From the human T2T-CHM13v2.0 reference genome, Homo sapiens, in assembly GCF_009914755.1 (NCBI RefSeq), contig NC_060926.1: a stretch of 64,000 bases of DNA. One strand, given 5' to 3'. Position 1 is the stretch's first letter. Each line of letters begins with the position of its first letter. This document shows positions 44,386-58,031 of this stretch, piece after piece. The position numbers were made by a program, and so were the translations under genes. The notes beneath the pieces are model-generated. The model saw only the letters and a program-made list of their open reading frames with translations, did not search any database and was not told the DNA's origin.

Positions 44386-44437
44386 AAATGGGAACGCAAC
44401 TGGTGAAGATTTCTGTGGTCCTTGGGGCTGGTGGTGA
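44386..44437 (+). CDS. ARHGEF33: ARHGEF33 alternative C-terminal coding exon (NGNATGEDFCGPWGWW*); exon extends to the donor at 44460
   Basis: tttcag|A acceptor in the correct phase, TGA at 44435-44437, CAG|gtaaac donor at 44460; tail matches my recollection of the shorter ARHGEF33 isoform. Confidence 0.8.
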
Positions 44438-46229
44438 CATCAAAGCTTTCCTATTTTCAGGTAAACACTAAACAGTTGCATGTTGGAACCATCAAAGTGT
44501 GACATGTTGGGTTTTGGATAGACCAGATGTAGCTAAGAGGGGAAATACGAGGCAAAGATTTCAAGTTTTGAGTAATGACTTTCTGATGAGAAACTGTCCT
44601 GTGGGGGAACAAGAAGAAATAGCAGCCCAATTCAAATCCTGCCCCCGACCTCCTGCCCCTAAAACATAGGCATTCCTAGTCTTCTGAATAATGGAAGACA
44701 TAGAGAAAGAATGAGATGGTCAAAAATATATCTTCCTAAATTTGGGGCACAACTGCACTCATCAGGGATGATTTGAACTGGAGGTAAGGGGGATCTGTGA
44801 AAGACAAGAGAAGGCCCGGAGTTTTAGGGTGGGCCATGTGGAGGCTCTTTCAAGGGAGAACTCGGGGGGGTTCCTGAAAAGGAAGAGAACCTCATCCCAC
44901 CCAGATATCTTGCTTGATGAGTATCCAGATGTACTGGAGTTGAGAGATAGAGTAGTTTTTCCTCTCTGCACTGGGATGTAGTGGAAAAGTGTTCCTTACC
45001 AACCAGAAGTAGAAAGCATGGTGGGCGGCTATGGCTTCATCTGTGATATTGAATATCAGAGGGCAAAGTGAAAATATCTAGTCAGTCATCAGGTTTCCAG
45101 ACATTAGGGTTTTTAGTCTTTGTGGATCCAACTTCTTTCTTTGAATAATGTAAAGAGATGTTTGAATTCTGCCCATTAATTCAGTAAATGATAGTCATGA
45201 TTAACTTATCTAATAACAAGAGTGAGGACTCAACAGTAGCAAACCAATGATAGTGCAAGGACTCGGAGGCCCTGGATCCTTCTTTGGTGGATAGTGGAAG
45301 CATACCTGACAGCCTCAGCATATGGAGAAGTTGGTCAGTTGTATAGAAGCTTTGGACAAGCAACTTCATGTCTAACATCACTTTCATACACCCTGCATGA
45401 GGTTTTTTGATATTGGTTCTTAGTGTCTGGACTAGTTTTACCCATTCTAGGTCAGAGTTTAAGCTAGCCAAAGGGCCCCAGTCTAGCTTATCAGAGGTTA
45501 TTTCCAGAAAGCCTCCTCCCTCCAGGGACTTCTGACATGAGAAAACTGGAGAAGGTGCAGAGCTGGAATGGATTACCCAAGTGGCTTAAGCAAGATAAAG
45601 GAAGAATGCACCCTCGACTGGGGACTCAAATGGACTGATCTGAGTTGTTGACTATTGATTGGCTTTGGTCTCTTTTGTGGTGGTTGAGATTATAGTATCT
45701 CTGCAATCTGATTACTGTACGAATTTCTGCATTCTACCAAATGTAGCATATATGTGTGGTTGGCTTCAATAAATCTTTCATTTAACAATGAAAACAAGCA
45801 AGAGTTTGTAATGTAATGCCAAATTCAGTGAAGGTCCTTGATAACCTTGGTTGAGAACCATGATTTCCATCCATTTTAATTTAAGATCCTTGATAATTTG
45901 TGGAGTTGTTACTTCATTGAATCAAAAACAGGATTTCTTGAATTTTCTGAGCTTTTGTTCCCCTATTATGATGTTATTACACAATATCTTACACTGACAT
46001 ATACAATTGTCACAATTGTCCCCATAAAGCATTAGAAAGATATTCTCTTTATGTTCAATGCAAATCTTAGATACACATGTCCTAAGTCATGAAATTCAGG
46101 GGAGTAAAAAGTATTCCAGTTCTAGGAAGCAACTGTTTTACAAATGCAAAACAATTGGGATAGATAAAAATATTTGAAAACAATTAAAACCAAATCAACC
46201 TGTACTTTATCTGTGTGCTGAGATTTTAG

Positions 46230-46359
46230 GTCCAGTGGATCAGAATACAGGGAAAAAACTAATGAGAATCCCTCAATGGATCCTTCACCCACCAAACAAG
46301 ATTTCTTCAGAAACCGACTTGCTCTTGCAAATGACCTTGACCAAGGAACAGCTGTGTAA
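46230..46359 (+). CDS. ARHGEF33: ARHGEF33 terminal coding exon (SSGSEYREK...NDLDQGTAV*)
   Basis: ttttag|G acceptor in phase 2, open frame to TAA at 46357-46359, followed by an AT-rich UTR. Confidence 0.9.
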
Positions 46360-46426
46360 AACATACTTAAAGTTGTATTGTCAAGTGGTAAGATGAGGAT
46401 AAAAAGCTTGTATATATCTGTGTAGG

Positions 46427-46465
46427 AATATATATATATATCTATATCTATATATATATATATAT
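46427..46465. repeat. (TA)n microsatellite in the ARHGEF33 3' UTR
   Basis: Interrupted TA run. Confidence 0.9.
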
Positions 46466-47943
46466 CGATGTATAAATCCCTGAGGAAAACTAATATAAAT
46501 ACTTACATATGAAACTAAACATACAAGACATTGAAGAGATGAAGATTAGTTTCTGGTTAAGATCTGGCTTTTTGAACCTCAACACTGGGGAAAAGGGAAA
46601 TGAAGACTTTTCACATCATTACAGAAAAACACAATAAATTTGGAGGAAAATAAATGTTTGTAAGAATGAAAACTTCCAACTTGAAGTCATTCCCCGAGTA
46701 TAATACTGAGCATGTTCATATTTAACATGGATTTGAATTTTATGCTTCCTAGGCATTTAACTTATTAACTCATCCAGTGTTCTTAAACTAATATACACTA
46801 TGTTAGGGGCCAGTTCTGTCTTGCTTCATGTCTTCCAAAAACCCTAAGGCAATATCTAACATCCCTTAAGGCAAAGGATTAATTAACAGAACTGTATTTT
46901 ATATGTTGCATATCTGAGTTATGGAGAATTTGTGCTTAAACCATGATTCAGAAGGTTCAAAGCTTAAAAACACATTGATCTCCAAACTTGTTCTGTGGTT
47001 ATGGAAATCAGTAAAGGGAACAAGGATTTCTGTAGAAACTGGGGAGAGAGGAAGGCAAAGAAACATTTTCCCTTGTGTGGGTTGAGCTGAGGATGGAAAC
47101 AGTCCAGTCTGTGTTTTATTGAGTACTCAGTATTCAAGACCCACTCGTGATCTTGAGTGTCACACACACTCACAACCAGATGGACTAGGAAAAAAGCAGT
47201 GATTTAGCCACATCTTGTTAAAAAGACTTTCTGCAGCCTGAAAAGAAGGTGGCAATAGCACCAAAACTTCAATGGCTCACACACAGCAGTTGCTACAAAC
47301 AGCAGGTCAAAGTGAAAATTCAGGATTGCAGCACTTGACTGTTTTCCTATTTTGTAAAGAAACCAAGCTCTTAAAGCTTAGAGGAATCAGATTGCAACGA
47401 GGCCTGCCTGGCTCTGGGGTGATAAAATGTGCTCTGTTTCCACATGGATATGTGCAGGATGGTCAGCATCCTTGATATGCCCCAAACATCAGATTTATAA
47501 TAGAAAAAAAATTGGGTTTAAACAATTTGTCTTTATTCCCAGGCAGTTCGGTATAGTAAATTAGGGGTATTTGGTTTCTGTTCATTCAAAATCTTGGTAC
47601 TCAAACTGGTGTCTTCAGAAGCTGTTCCTCTATTGAAGCGTTTGTTGATAAAATAGGCAAAGGTTCACATGTAAGTGTTGCAAGTTTTCTTCTCCTTGTC
47701 TGATGACAAATTAGGAACTCACCTACTGCGTTTTGAATAGTAGTTGTCTGGAACACATAAAGGATCACTGCCAAGTTTTTTGAGTTTCCAGGATCTAAGT
47801 TTAAGCCAAGATTTTTGTTTCCCAGAAGTTTATGAATTCATTTGAAATTAGATTTTTCTCTTATTATGTGGCCGGCAGTGCTTGCAAGCACAACGCCAAA
47901 TCGACTGGACGTGGAAAGTGAAATACTACAGAAGTCACAATCT

Positions 47944-47969
47944 ATTAAATAAAATGTTAACATAATAAA
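47944..47969 (+). terminator. ARHGEF33: ARHGEF33 distal polyadenylation signal cluster (ATTAAA/AATAAA/AATAAA)
   Basis: Overlapping ATTAAA-AATAAA at 47944-47953 and AATAAA at 47964-47969, followed by a U-rich tract. Confidence 0.7.
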
Positions 47970-48964
47970 ATTCTTTTCCCTTTCATCTTCTGTTTATCAC
48001 TAAAATTGATCAGTTAGTAGAAAGGTTTAAAAACTATCACACACTTCACCAATTTTATTTTGGCAGCATCCTCTGAAAAATCTTGATGCTACATCTGTAG
48101 CATAACTCCAAAATAATTGAGTTGTATTTTATGAAACTAGCTTATGAAACTAGTAATAATTAACGCTGCTACGTACTTGCCTACTCTCCAGGTGAGTTCC
48201 CATCACTTGATACCTGAAGTTTTCCTGAGGTTTCTAACTGTCTCCAAGTACTCTTTGCTCCCATCTATCCTGCATGTCTCTAATACGGTATTCCCAAATA
48301 TTGCTTTATGTGAAACTCTTCTGTTTTTACTTGTCTACAGTGAAATTCCAAACTTCTTGATGTGACATCCAAGGCTTGCTCTCTCCAGTAAGGCTTTCTT
48401 TCTTTCTGGCTACCATCTCATATTTTTCAGAGTCCTAGGTGGACTGACTTACCTCAAGTAAACTGGGTTTTTACCGTTTCCCAGTCAGCTGTGCACCTTC
48501 CCCAGGCTCACTCTTGCTTCATGCCCTTTCTCTAGTTCCTTCCTCTCTGCCGATCTTAAGACCCAGTTTAAGTGTCTTCATCTTTTTGTGACTTCTTGTG
48601 GTGTAACTTGTTTATCTCTTTATGTGTTTGTTGTGTCTTCCCAGTAAGAATGCAAGTCCCCTCAAGGGCAGGAACTATGGCATATATTTTTAAATTCCTT
48701 TCCACCTCTAGAAGACTGCATAGTAGGTGCTCAATAAGTAGCTGATGCCAACATTAATGGTGGTGCTTTAATAAGCAGAAAGCTACAGAAAATAATTTTT
48801 ACTCTTAATTTGACAGAGAATTCAGTTATCACTCTACCTCCCTGCCTTTTTTTTAAAGAAAAAATATCAGTCATGAAGGAAATATAGTTGCCTTCAGAAG
48901 CAGTTAAAGCCACCACTGCCACTTTCACAACATCTAGCATTAGAAAACATCTCTCCAGTTTAAA

Positions 48965-49192
48965 AAAGGTCGTAGCTCACTGCAGCTTCAAACTCCTCAA
49001 GCAGTCCTCCTGCCTCAGCCTCCTGAGTAGCTAGGACTATGGGTGTGCACCACCACACCTGGCTGATTTAAACATTTTGTAGAGACAAGGTCTCACTGTG
49101 TTGCCCAGGCTGGTCTCAAACTCCTGGGCTCTAGCTATCCTCCTGCCTCAGCCTCCCAAAAGGCTGGGATTATGGGTGTGGGCCACCAGGCC
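48965..49192 (-). mobile_element. Alu (AluJ-like, partial)
   Basis: Reverse Alu consensus. Confidence 0.82.
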
Positions 49193-49689
49193 TGTAATGT
49201 AATGTTGCATTATGGCCTAGTAATGTACTGTTGCATTACATTAAATAATGCATGGATGGAGCAGTGTGGAAAAGAACTTGACAATGACTACATCTGTGAC
49301 CTCCAGCCCTCTGGAGAAGTGCACTTTACATAGGAGACCACAGATGTCTTTGAGAAGTATTTGGGTTGATAATCAGAAAGAAGCACTCTACCAAAAGATG
49401 AAGTAGATATTTTGTACAGGCTAGGAGTCGCAATAGGCCCTTTCTACAGGCTTGCGAGATCAGTATATATAGGCCCAAGCAAGGACTGCCCTCCTTCTCT
49501 GACTACAGAATTGGAGCCTTTGAGAACCAAGGATTTGTGGACCAGTACTCTAGGGTTCTCCCCAGTGGGCTATTTCATCCCATAAGAAATAGTTTAGTCT
49601 GGGACCTGAAACTAGAACATCAGGGAAACCCTTTGAGTGTGTTTTCTATAGCAACTCATGTCTCATTTCCTCACTGCCTTTAAGTCTTA

Positions 49690-49990
49690 ACTAATACATC
49701 ACCTCCATGAGGGCACTTGTAGAAAATGCAGATTCCTGGGCACCATTGCAGTCCCACTGTATTAGAATATCTGGAGGTGGGGGCCTGGAATCTGCATTTT
49801 TAAACCTTTAGGTTCGGGGTACATGTGCAGGGTTGTTATACAGGTAAATTGTATGTCATGGGGGTTTGGTTTACAGATTATTTTGTCACCTAGGTAATAA
49901 GCATAGGACCCGATAGGTAGTTTCCCAAAGGAATCTGCATTTTAATGCAGTCCTGCGAGTCATTTTCCCACTGAAATTTTAGAGATACCA
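49690..49990. mobile_element. MER5A-like element interrupted by an L1 3'-end fragment (about 49800-49925)
   Basis: aaatgcagattcctgggc...ggaatctgcatttt, then L1 ggggtacatgtgcagggttgttataca, then ggaatctgcatttt resumes. Confidence 0.65.
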
Positions 49991-50999
49991 CCTATTAGAC
50001 CAATAAATAGTATGATCTAGTATGTAAGTTTCAGCACTCAGATTCTATTCGTAGACTGCATTTTAAAACAGAATAAAGAACTGATTCTTGAGATACAGAA
50101 AACAAACTGTTCATTGAAACCCAGTGAGTATTTTTGTATTCGTAATTGTCTGTAACCTTTGCTATCACACACAGTAAGATTCTGATTTAAGAATGTACAT
50201 ATGCACATCATCATTACTCTATAACTTGGTAAAATTGACTGTATATTCCAGATAACCAATTGCATGCACTTAGAAAAATGACAAATTTTTCTGCATTAAG
50301 TTGTATCATAAAATTAGGTCTAGTTTTCAGATTAAACTTTTTCTTGAAACATCACCATTAATAACTTTCTGCCTGAGCCTAGAAAAATAATGCTTTTGGT
50401 ACAGTTGGGATTCTCTTATCCTGAAAGTTCATTTGGAGGTGTGAGAGCAGCATTCTCAGCATCTGAGCAGCCTGATATTTATAGTATATGGGCTGGTGAG
50501 TCTCACCTGGTGGGGATGGGTTGGGAGGAAAGGAAGGGAGAGGTACAGTTTTTCAAATAGGGGTATGGATAAAAAGAAGGTTGAGAAAACTGATGGAGAC
50601 GTATATATTTTAAGGGAAAAAAATAGAAATTGATGTGTAACACTACAGCTGAGTTTTAAATATAGAACATAAAGGGATGAATTTAGGCAGTACTAAAAAT
50701 ATGTTTGTGGGAGATTGTCAGATGTTCAAAATAATCAAAATTTTTATTCCCAAACCAAGTAACTTTAAAATCTGTTGTTTTCCAAGAGCTTAGTACATAA
50801 TCTTTAATAAGTCATCTAAACTTGTTCCTTATCTACAAAATAGAGATTTTTATGCCTTCTTGCCTCATTCCCTTCAGATATATAGTAGCTGTAAATGCTC
50901 TTAATTCTTATCAAGAAAACTGAATGTGTTGGGTTTCGTCTCATGTATGTAAGCCTATCTATCTGAAGATGTTAATAGGATCTACTGTAAAGGACTGTT

Positions 51000-52730
51000 G
51001 GTAGATACCATCTGTGCTTCTGTCTCTTCTCATTATCACATTTTTCTTTCAACTGGGACAAACCGTTCAGCATACAAACATGCTCTTATTTCTCCCATCT
51101 TTAAAGCAAAAGAAATCCTCTCTTGACGGTTCTAGCCATGCCCCAGTTTTCTGCTTCCCTTTCATAAAACTTCAAAGAGGAAACTGCTCCAGTTCCTCTC
51201 TTGCCATTCTTTATCATACTAGGGCCCAGGCTTTTGCCCACACCACTCCCCTGAACTGCTTGTGTCAAGATCACCAATGACTTCCACATTGTCAAACAAA
51301 TGGTTCCTTCTCAGTCATCTTACTCTATCAAGCAGCATTTGACAGGCTGATCACGTCCTCCTTCTATCTTAACTAGGCCTCAAAGACACAACATACTCCT
51401 GGTTTTCGTTTTTCTTCACTGGGAGTTTCTTCTTGGTCTCCTTGCTGATTCCCCATCTCTTCCTGCCTTTTTTTTTTCTTTTTTTCTTAATTTTTTAATT
51501 TTAGAGACAGGATCTCCGTGTTGCCCAGGCTGGAGTGCAGTGGCTACTCACAGGCACAATCATAGCTCACTGTAACCTCGAACTCCTGGGCTCAAGTGAT
51601 CCTTTCGCCACAGCCTCCAGAGTAGGTGGTGTTACCAGGCCTGGCTTGTCCCCTCTCTTTTAACATTAGAATGCTCCAGGGCTCTCCTTTGCTTAGAGCT
51701 CTTCTTTTTCTAGTCTATACTCAGTTCCTTTGTGATTTTATCCAGTCTGCTAGCTTTAATATCTTTATGAAAGTGACTCCCAATTCACTATCTTTAGCCT
51801 ATTCTCCCAAACTCCAGACTAACATCTTCACCTGCCTCCTTGACATCTCTGAAGATGTCTAATATATTTATTGAACTTAGTATGTCCAAGCCTGCTTCAA
51901 CCATATCTTCCCCACCCCAGTTAATGGTAAATTTATCCTTCCAGTTACTCTGGCCAAAACCTTGAAGTCATCTTTAACAATTCTGTTTTTCTTACACCTC
52001 ACATTCAGTCTATCAGCATATTGGCTGTCTTTAAAATATATCTAGGCCCTGACCTCTTCTTATAAGGCAGCTCCACTGCTATCACCCTGGTCCAAGCTAT
52101 TTTCTATTGGGTTAGCCTCCCTATTCCCACTGTTTTATTCTCAACAGGGCAGCCAGAGTGATCCTGTTAAAATGTCAATCAGATCTTGTCCCTGGTTACT
52201 CTGCCACTAAGAAGTCAAAAGTCATTACAAGGGCTTTTAAAGCCTTAAGTGAGCTTTGTCAAACCTCTGATGGCATCTCCTTCTCTTCTGCCCACATTTA
52301 TTCTTCTCCAGATACAAGCAGCGTCACTCTGCCTCACATGTACCAAGTACGCTCCTGCCTCTGGGCTTTTCACTGGCTGTTTCCTGTGACTTGACATAGT
52401 CTTCTCCCAGATATATGCATGTCTTGTTCCCTCACCTCTTCCAAGTCTATTAATGTCATCTCTATGAGGCAGGCTTCTGACCATCCCATTTAAATTTCAC
52501 CTCCCCTGGACTTCCACATTCCTAGTCACCATATCCTTTTTTGTTCATAAGTGAAAACATTCGAATGTATAATATATTTATTTATTATGCTTACTACTTT
52601 TTATTGTCTGCATCTCCTCACTAGATTATAAAACCCCATGATGACATGTACTTTTGCCTGTTTTGTTTATTGCCATATTCCTAATATCAGAATTGTACCT
52701 GAAGAATAAATATTTGTTGAATGCTGAATA
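51000..52730 (+). mobile_element. Long L2 fragment with an inserted Alu monomer (about 51468-51645)
   Basis: L2 ORF2/3' motifs ending aataaatatttgttgaatg. Confidence 0.7.
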
Positions 52731-54090
52731 GTCAGATGGGCCCTTATCAAATGCTTATAACCTAAGGTCACTCAGAACTAATTTAAGTGATGATAAACAG
52801 CAAAGGAAATCATAAAGAATCAAATTATGAGGGCTTCAGAATAAGCAACCAACCTCTTAGAAGATACCTAAAAGCCAGTAAACTTTGACAATGCATCCCT
52901 CGTAACTTTAGTTAGCATTTACTAAGCACCTACTCTGTGAAAGGCATGTGCTTTACACATATTACCTTTAAACCTCATAATAGCCTCAAACAGTACATCT
53001 GTTAACCTCCTTGTATTGATGAGAAACAGATTAAATAACTAACTTCTGCAAAGACATGATTCCAAAGCACCTGCTTGTTCCTATCACATTGATTCTTCCT
53101 TTTCTTGATGAGTTACTGAGGTAGAGAAATTAGCTGTTAAGTGGGCTACAGTTTTTCTTGCCTCCAGTAAGAATCAAGAGTCCTAAAATGTTAGAATGGC
53201 CATAAACTGCTTTTTTGGAATTGTACTCTGTATTGAAGCCATCCTTCCCTCTGGACACCATGTGCAGCTATCAGCAAAAAGGCAGGCTTAACTATGGACT
53301 GTACCAAACAGACTAATCTGCGATGACCTAAGAGGATTAAAATAAGTTAAAAAGTAAATCACTGGGTTAAAGCTCAGAATAAGTGATAATTCAAGAGAAA
53401 ATTCAGAATCAAGTTTAACAAAAACATTATTTTCCTATAACTATTAAATTTATTACCTAGAATATACTCGATAATTCATGCTTGGACTGCCACATGATAT
53501 TGGCTAAGTCATCTCATTTCTCTAGGCCTCATCTACCTTAATTTTTAAATCAGGGGATTGGCTCTCTAAGGATTCATCAATTTTTACATCCTATAGTTCA
53601 CACTGAATGACGGTACATTTGCATCATTCTTTAGTTACAACCCTAAACTCACATTTTCATGCCAAGCCTAGAAAAAGAATTGCTAAAGGTCAGGCTACCT
53701 CATTCCAGCAGATCTCAGCAAAAGCTGCCTGTCAGGGAACGTGATATCTCAAAACTTCTTTTATGGAATACAAATGCCTTAGCACTCTGAAACTTCATCC
53801 AGGTGACACTCAAGGTCACTTTAAATTACTAGTTTTCATCCCAGAGGCCTCCCACTCACTACAATCAATCAGCAGATTTGACACAGAGGGAAATGTGGAA
53901 CTTCTTTTATCCTTTTATAACTTGATACAGGAAAAAAGTGCCTCCAAAGAAAGACCACAATAAAAATGCAAAATATTTCTATATGGCATATATGAGCTAA
54001 ATGAGAATCACTAATGATTTCAAAAATACTGCCCTCTAAAATAAATACATGCAAAAATAATACACTTGTGGGCTATGTAAGGCATTTTTC

Positions 54091-54096
54091 TTTATT
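54091..54096 (-). terminator. SOS1: SOS1 distal poly(A) signal AATAAA
   Basis: tttatt on the + strand; downstream on the - strand is GU/U-rich (gtgtattatttttgcatgtatttatttt). Confidence 0.75.
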
Positions 54097-57000
54097 ATTT
54101 TTCAGTTTATCTTAGTAATGCCAGAAAAATAACAGCCGTTATTTTCACTTTAAATGCAAACCAAATACTGCTGCACACAGAGTACAAAGATTACCTATGA
54201 ACATGGTTAGGTACAAAGGCCATATTAGATGTATAGACCACACTTTGTTCTTACATCAAAGACCGACCGACAGAGCAATTTTTTTGACAATTATTTTAGC
54301 AAATAACCGTGCTACTAAACAAAGGCAAATACACATATATACACAAACACGTCTCAACTAAAATTATACATGTCACTTTGACAAACAAATTCTCTGGTGG
54401 TTTCACCAGATATTTGCACCCCAGAGTTCCCTGCCCAAATCCCGACCCCAAATGCTGACTTGATCTGAAGAAAAAAATTAGAGATGTTCTTAATTAAAGG
54501 CACATTTGGCAGCTACTGAAAGTGGCATGCATCTGGCACAGGTGCGCTCTCCCTAAGCCACACCACATGTACCTTCCATCATCTGTTATGCATCTTGTTT
54601 CTTTGAGTGGTAGTCCAATGTGACCCACTGTTAGCTAATTTGCTTTATAATTCTGCAGCAATTGGCTACTTAATGCACTATTTTCATTAAAGGCAAAAGG
54701 GAAATTTGCTCACAGTCGACAGAAAATGCACTTTACGGTGTCAAAAATGGAAAATAAGGCATGGAATTTACTAAACAAGTTACAAGTGCTTTTGTTGTTT
54801 AGGTTTATAATATAGACTTCATGCTTCTTAAGTAGAGCTCAAAATATTTCATTGGCTCATGTATAAGGGATTATGAAATAATCTTAAAAGTTAGTAATGA
54901 GATGTTTCAAAGAAGAAAAATATTGAATAAAGTCATCATGTTCCCTTATAAATAACTTTACTGCATAATTCTTTCAGCCAAACCAATATTAACCTTGTGA
55001 TGTTTAGTTACTGGTAAAGATTAATGCAATACAACAGGACCTATACTTGCGTAGTCACACAATATATGTTAAAAGAATAAGTAAACCTATTCACAGCAGC
55101 AGAATACCAAGAAATAAATGGTTAAACTGTTTCTTTCTAAATCTGAAGGAACAAAAAGGTTTTCTTCAATATGTACAACACTAATAAATTGGGACACTCC
55201 TCCTATTTTGCTGAGTCACTTAAAAATCTGAATTTAAGCTGTCATATTAGAAGACAAACAATGAAATACAAGATTAAGCTAAACTTGAGAATTAAGATCA
55301 TGACCATAAATACCAACTAATTTTTGGTTTACATAAGGTAATTTTTGATTTATGGAGGGAAAAAAACCTTTAAGAATTTAGAATCATAATATAGCCTCCA
55401 GCTGACATAGTAATTGTTCTCTGGGCTGTTGTTGACTGTAGTATTAGTGTGGCATGCTCTTTGTCAAATTCAGATCCATTAAAGCATCCTTGAGTTGTTA
55501 GAGAATAGTAACCTACTAAACATAATTTGATGCCCAACAACCTTTAATTAAGCGAACTCTCAATGTATGTTTCCTGATAATGTGTAGTCTTAAAATACAT
55601 CAGCCTTGAAATATTTTCATTTCTAAAAGAAATGTTCCACATTTTGGAATGTGGTTAACAAAAAGTCATGCTGCATTTACCCCCTTGTAATGTCCAGGAT
55701 TCAAAAGCAGAATTTTGTAATGATGCATTTATCTCCTCAGCCATTTCTGGTCCCTGATTAAATAGATTTTCATTTCTACAAGGATAAATTTGTCAACTAG
55801 TTAATGTTTCATATTGAGAAGAAGGCAAGGATGCCATTTTCTCACCTCCACCTAAGGGCATCCAATTGGCATTTTTCTAATCAGTTACCACTGCAGAAAA
55901 TATTTTTACCTAAATGTAACAGTTCAGAATAAAAATATCCTCCATCCACAATGCATGTAAAACTGTTGCACAGTGAAGTGGTCTCCTAGAACCATGGGGT
56001 AGAAGAATAGTTCCCTTTGGGAGAAATAGGATTAGAACTCCAAATCTGAATTTTTCCTCTTTATAGACTAGATAGGTTGAAAAGGGGTTATCACCTTATA
56101 TTGAAGGCTAACACATTAGCCGAAGACATACTGAAGGGGGTCCAATGTGACTTTTACCAGGTTCTCATTTGGAATGTGCCTGGGGCAATTAAAAAGAGAA
56201 GTAATCCATGAGACATAAAAAGAGAAATCTTAGGGACAATGAGGCTGGCCCAGTATAAAGTCCAGGGAGATTCTGGACTGTCTATCATGATTAGTTGTAG
56301 CGGCTCTAGTAAGTTGGCTCACATAAATACTGTTGAATGGATGGTCTTAGGGACACTTTGCATCCAAGAGGGGATTTGAAATTAATGTTTTAGGACGCTT
56401 TTCAAAGAGGAAATATTTTATAAAGAGAAGAATGGCTACCATCATAGGAATGGTACAGATATTGAGAAAGGATTCAATTCTAACAAATAAATAAGAAAAC
56501 AGGATAGACTGCTTAATGATGGTGCAGTTAACATACCTTCTGGTCTTAAAGGACTACATACTGTACTATCGTGATGTACATTTTATGCTCTAATAAATAT
56601 CATAGGAAATTACTAAAGTACTAGGTTCCCACCATGTTGCAGCACTTCTAAAAATGTCTCTAATGGTGTGGTTAACAGAATTGCTGAAATGTTGCTTCAT
56701 TATTCAGAGGATACATGCAGATGCTGATGAACCAGATAACTCTCTAAGGATGGAATACTGCACATTTCACAGACATTATAGTGGAGATTAATAAAATGTT
56801 TTCTCTTCAACAAGGTGCATGCATTTCAGTCACAGTATTTGTTAGACTCAGAAGAACAGTACATACGCTTTATGAATAATCCATATTATGATAGTAATGA
56901 TGCAGGTAGATGTTCTATTATGAATAGTTTTGATAAAGCAGAAAACCTCAAGCAAGGTAGAATGTTCAATATAAACCTTAACAAACTGTATACTTGTTGC

Positions 57001-58031
57001 TTAGGAACTTAAAACTTACTTACAAAGTTCTGCTTAAAAGATACCCATCCTATTCTAACCAAGTATCTTCCTATATGCCAAGCTGTGACTTTAGATCATT
57101 CTTTAAGATTAATACATATATCCAGAACTAGAAACCAAGGCGTACCACAAAACGTGCTTTTATGTTTAGTGTTTTTGTGTGTTTTTCAACTAAAAGAAAT
57201 AAGAATCAACCATTTTCTTCATATAATAATTTAATATATGCCAGCCAAACAAAGTATTTGTATCTTTATTCAATTAAATTAAAACAGACCTGCCAGGTAT
57301 ATTATATAACATTCACTATATACATATGATTTAGGCAATGCAAGATAATTCTAGATATGCTGATTACTCAACTATGTGTAAAACATGAGCGGTGTCAGTG
57401 ATGCCCAGCAAGTGCTCCTTTTCACATTGGGTGCCTGCATTTCCATGGTATGGTTAGAGGGATAGCTACGAGCCATGACATGGACTACCAGTAAACTTCT
57501 GTGGGAGAAGGAGGGAAAATGACAATCTAGCATAGATGAACAGTCTCCTAAATGCAAATAGAATAGTTGACAGTTATTTTTTTTTAAAAAGTTCTTCTGT
57601 CATGTTAATGACACAAAACTTCTCTTTTTTGAAGGCAACACCACCACATTTTGTTTGGGTGTGTGGGGACAGGTGGGGGGAATGCTCTTAAAATTGGTAC
57701 AATTATTCCTAAAACAACAACAACAACAAAAAAGTACCTCTTTGGTGAAGCCTCGGTACCCATTCAGTTCACCGTAATAATCTGTAAACAGGCCTGTAGT
57801 ACAGTGCCGGGCCTTGATTTCAACAAGGTCAGGTACCACAGCCTTTCCTCACAGTCCTTTGAGTGATTTTTAAGAAAATATTCTAAAGTAGAAGAGTAAA
57901 GCAAAGGAAAACAAAGGAAGATATTAAGATCCCTGTTTAAGTTTGTTTTTTTTTAAAAGTGCATAATTTGAATTACAAAAACTGTCATGTGGGCCTGCTG
58001 GACACTAGACTGTGTTTTCCATCCCTTTAAT

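Larger units (their letters stand above)
46360..47990 (+). other. ARHGEF33: ARHGEF33 3' UTR (end approximate)
   Basis: Follows the stop codon; AATAAA at 46633, 46649, 47948 and 47964. Confidence 0.7.
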
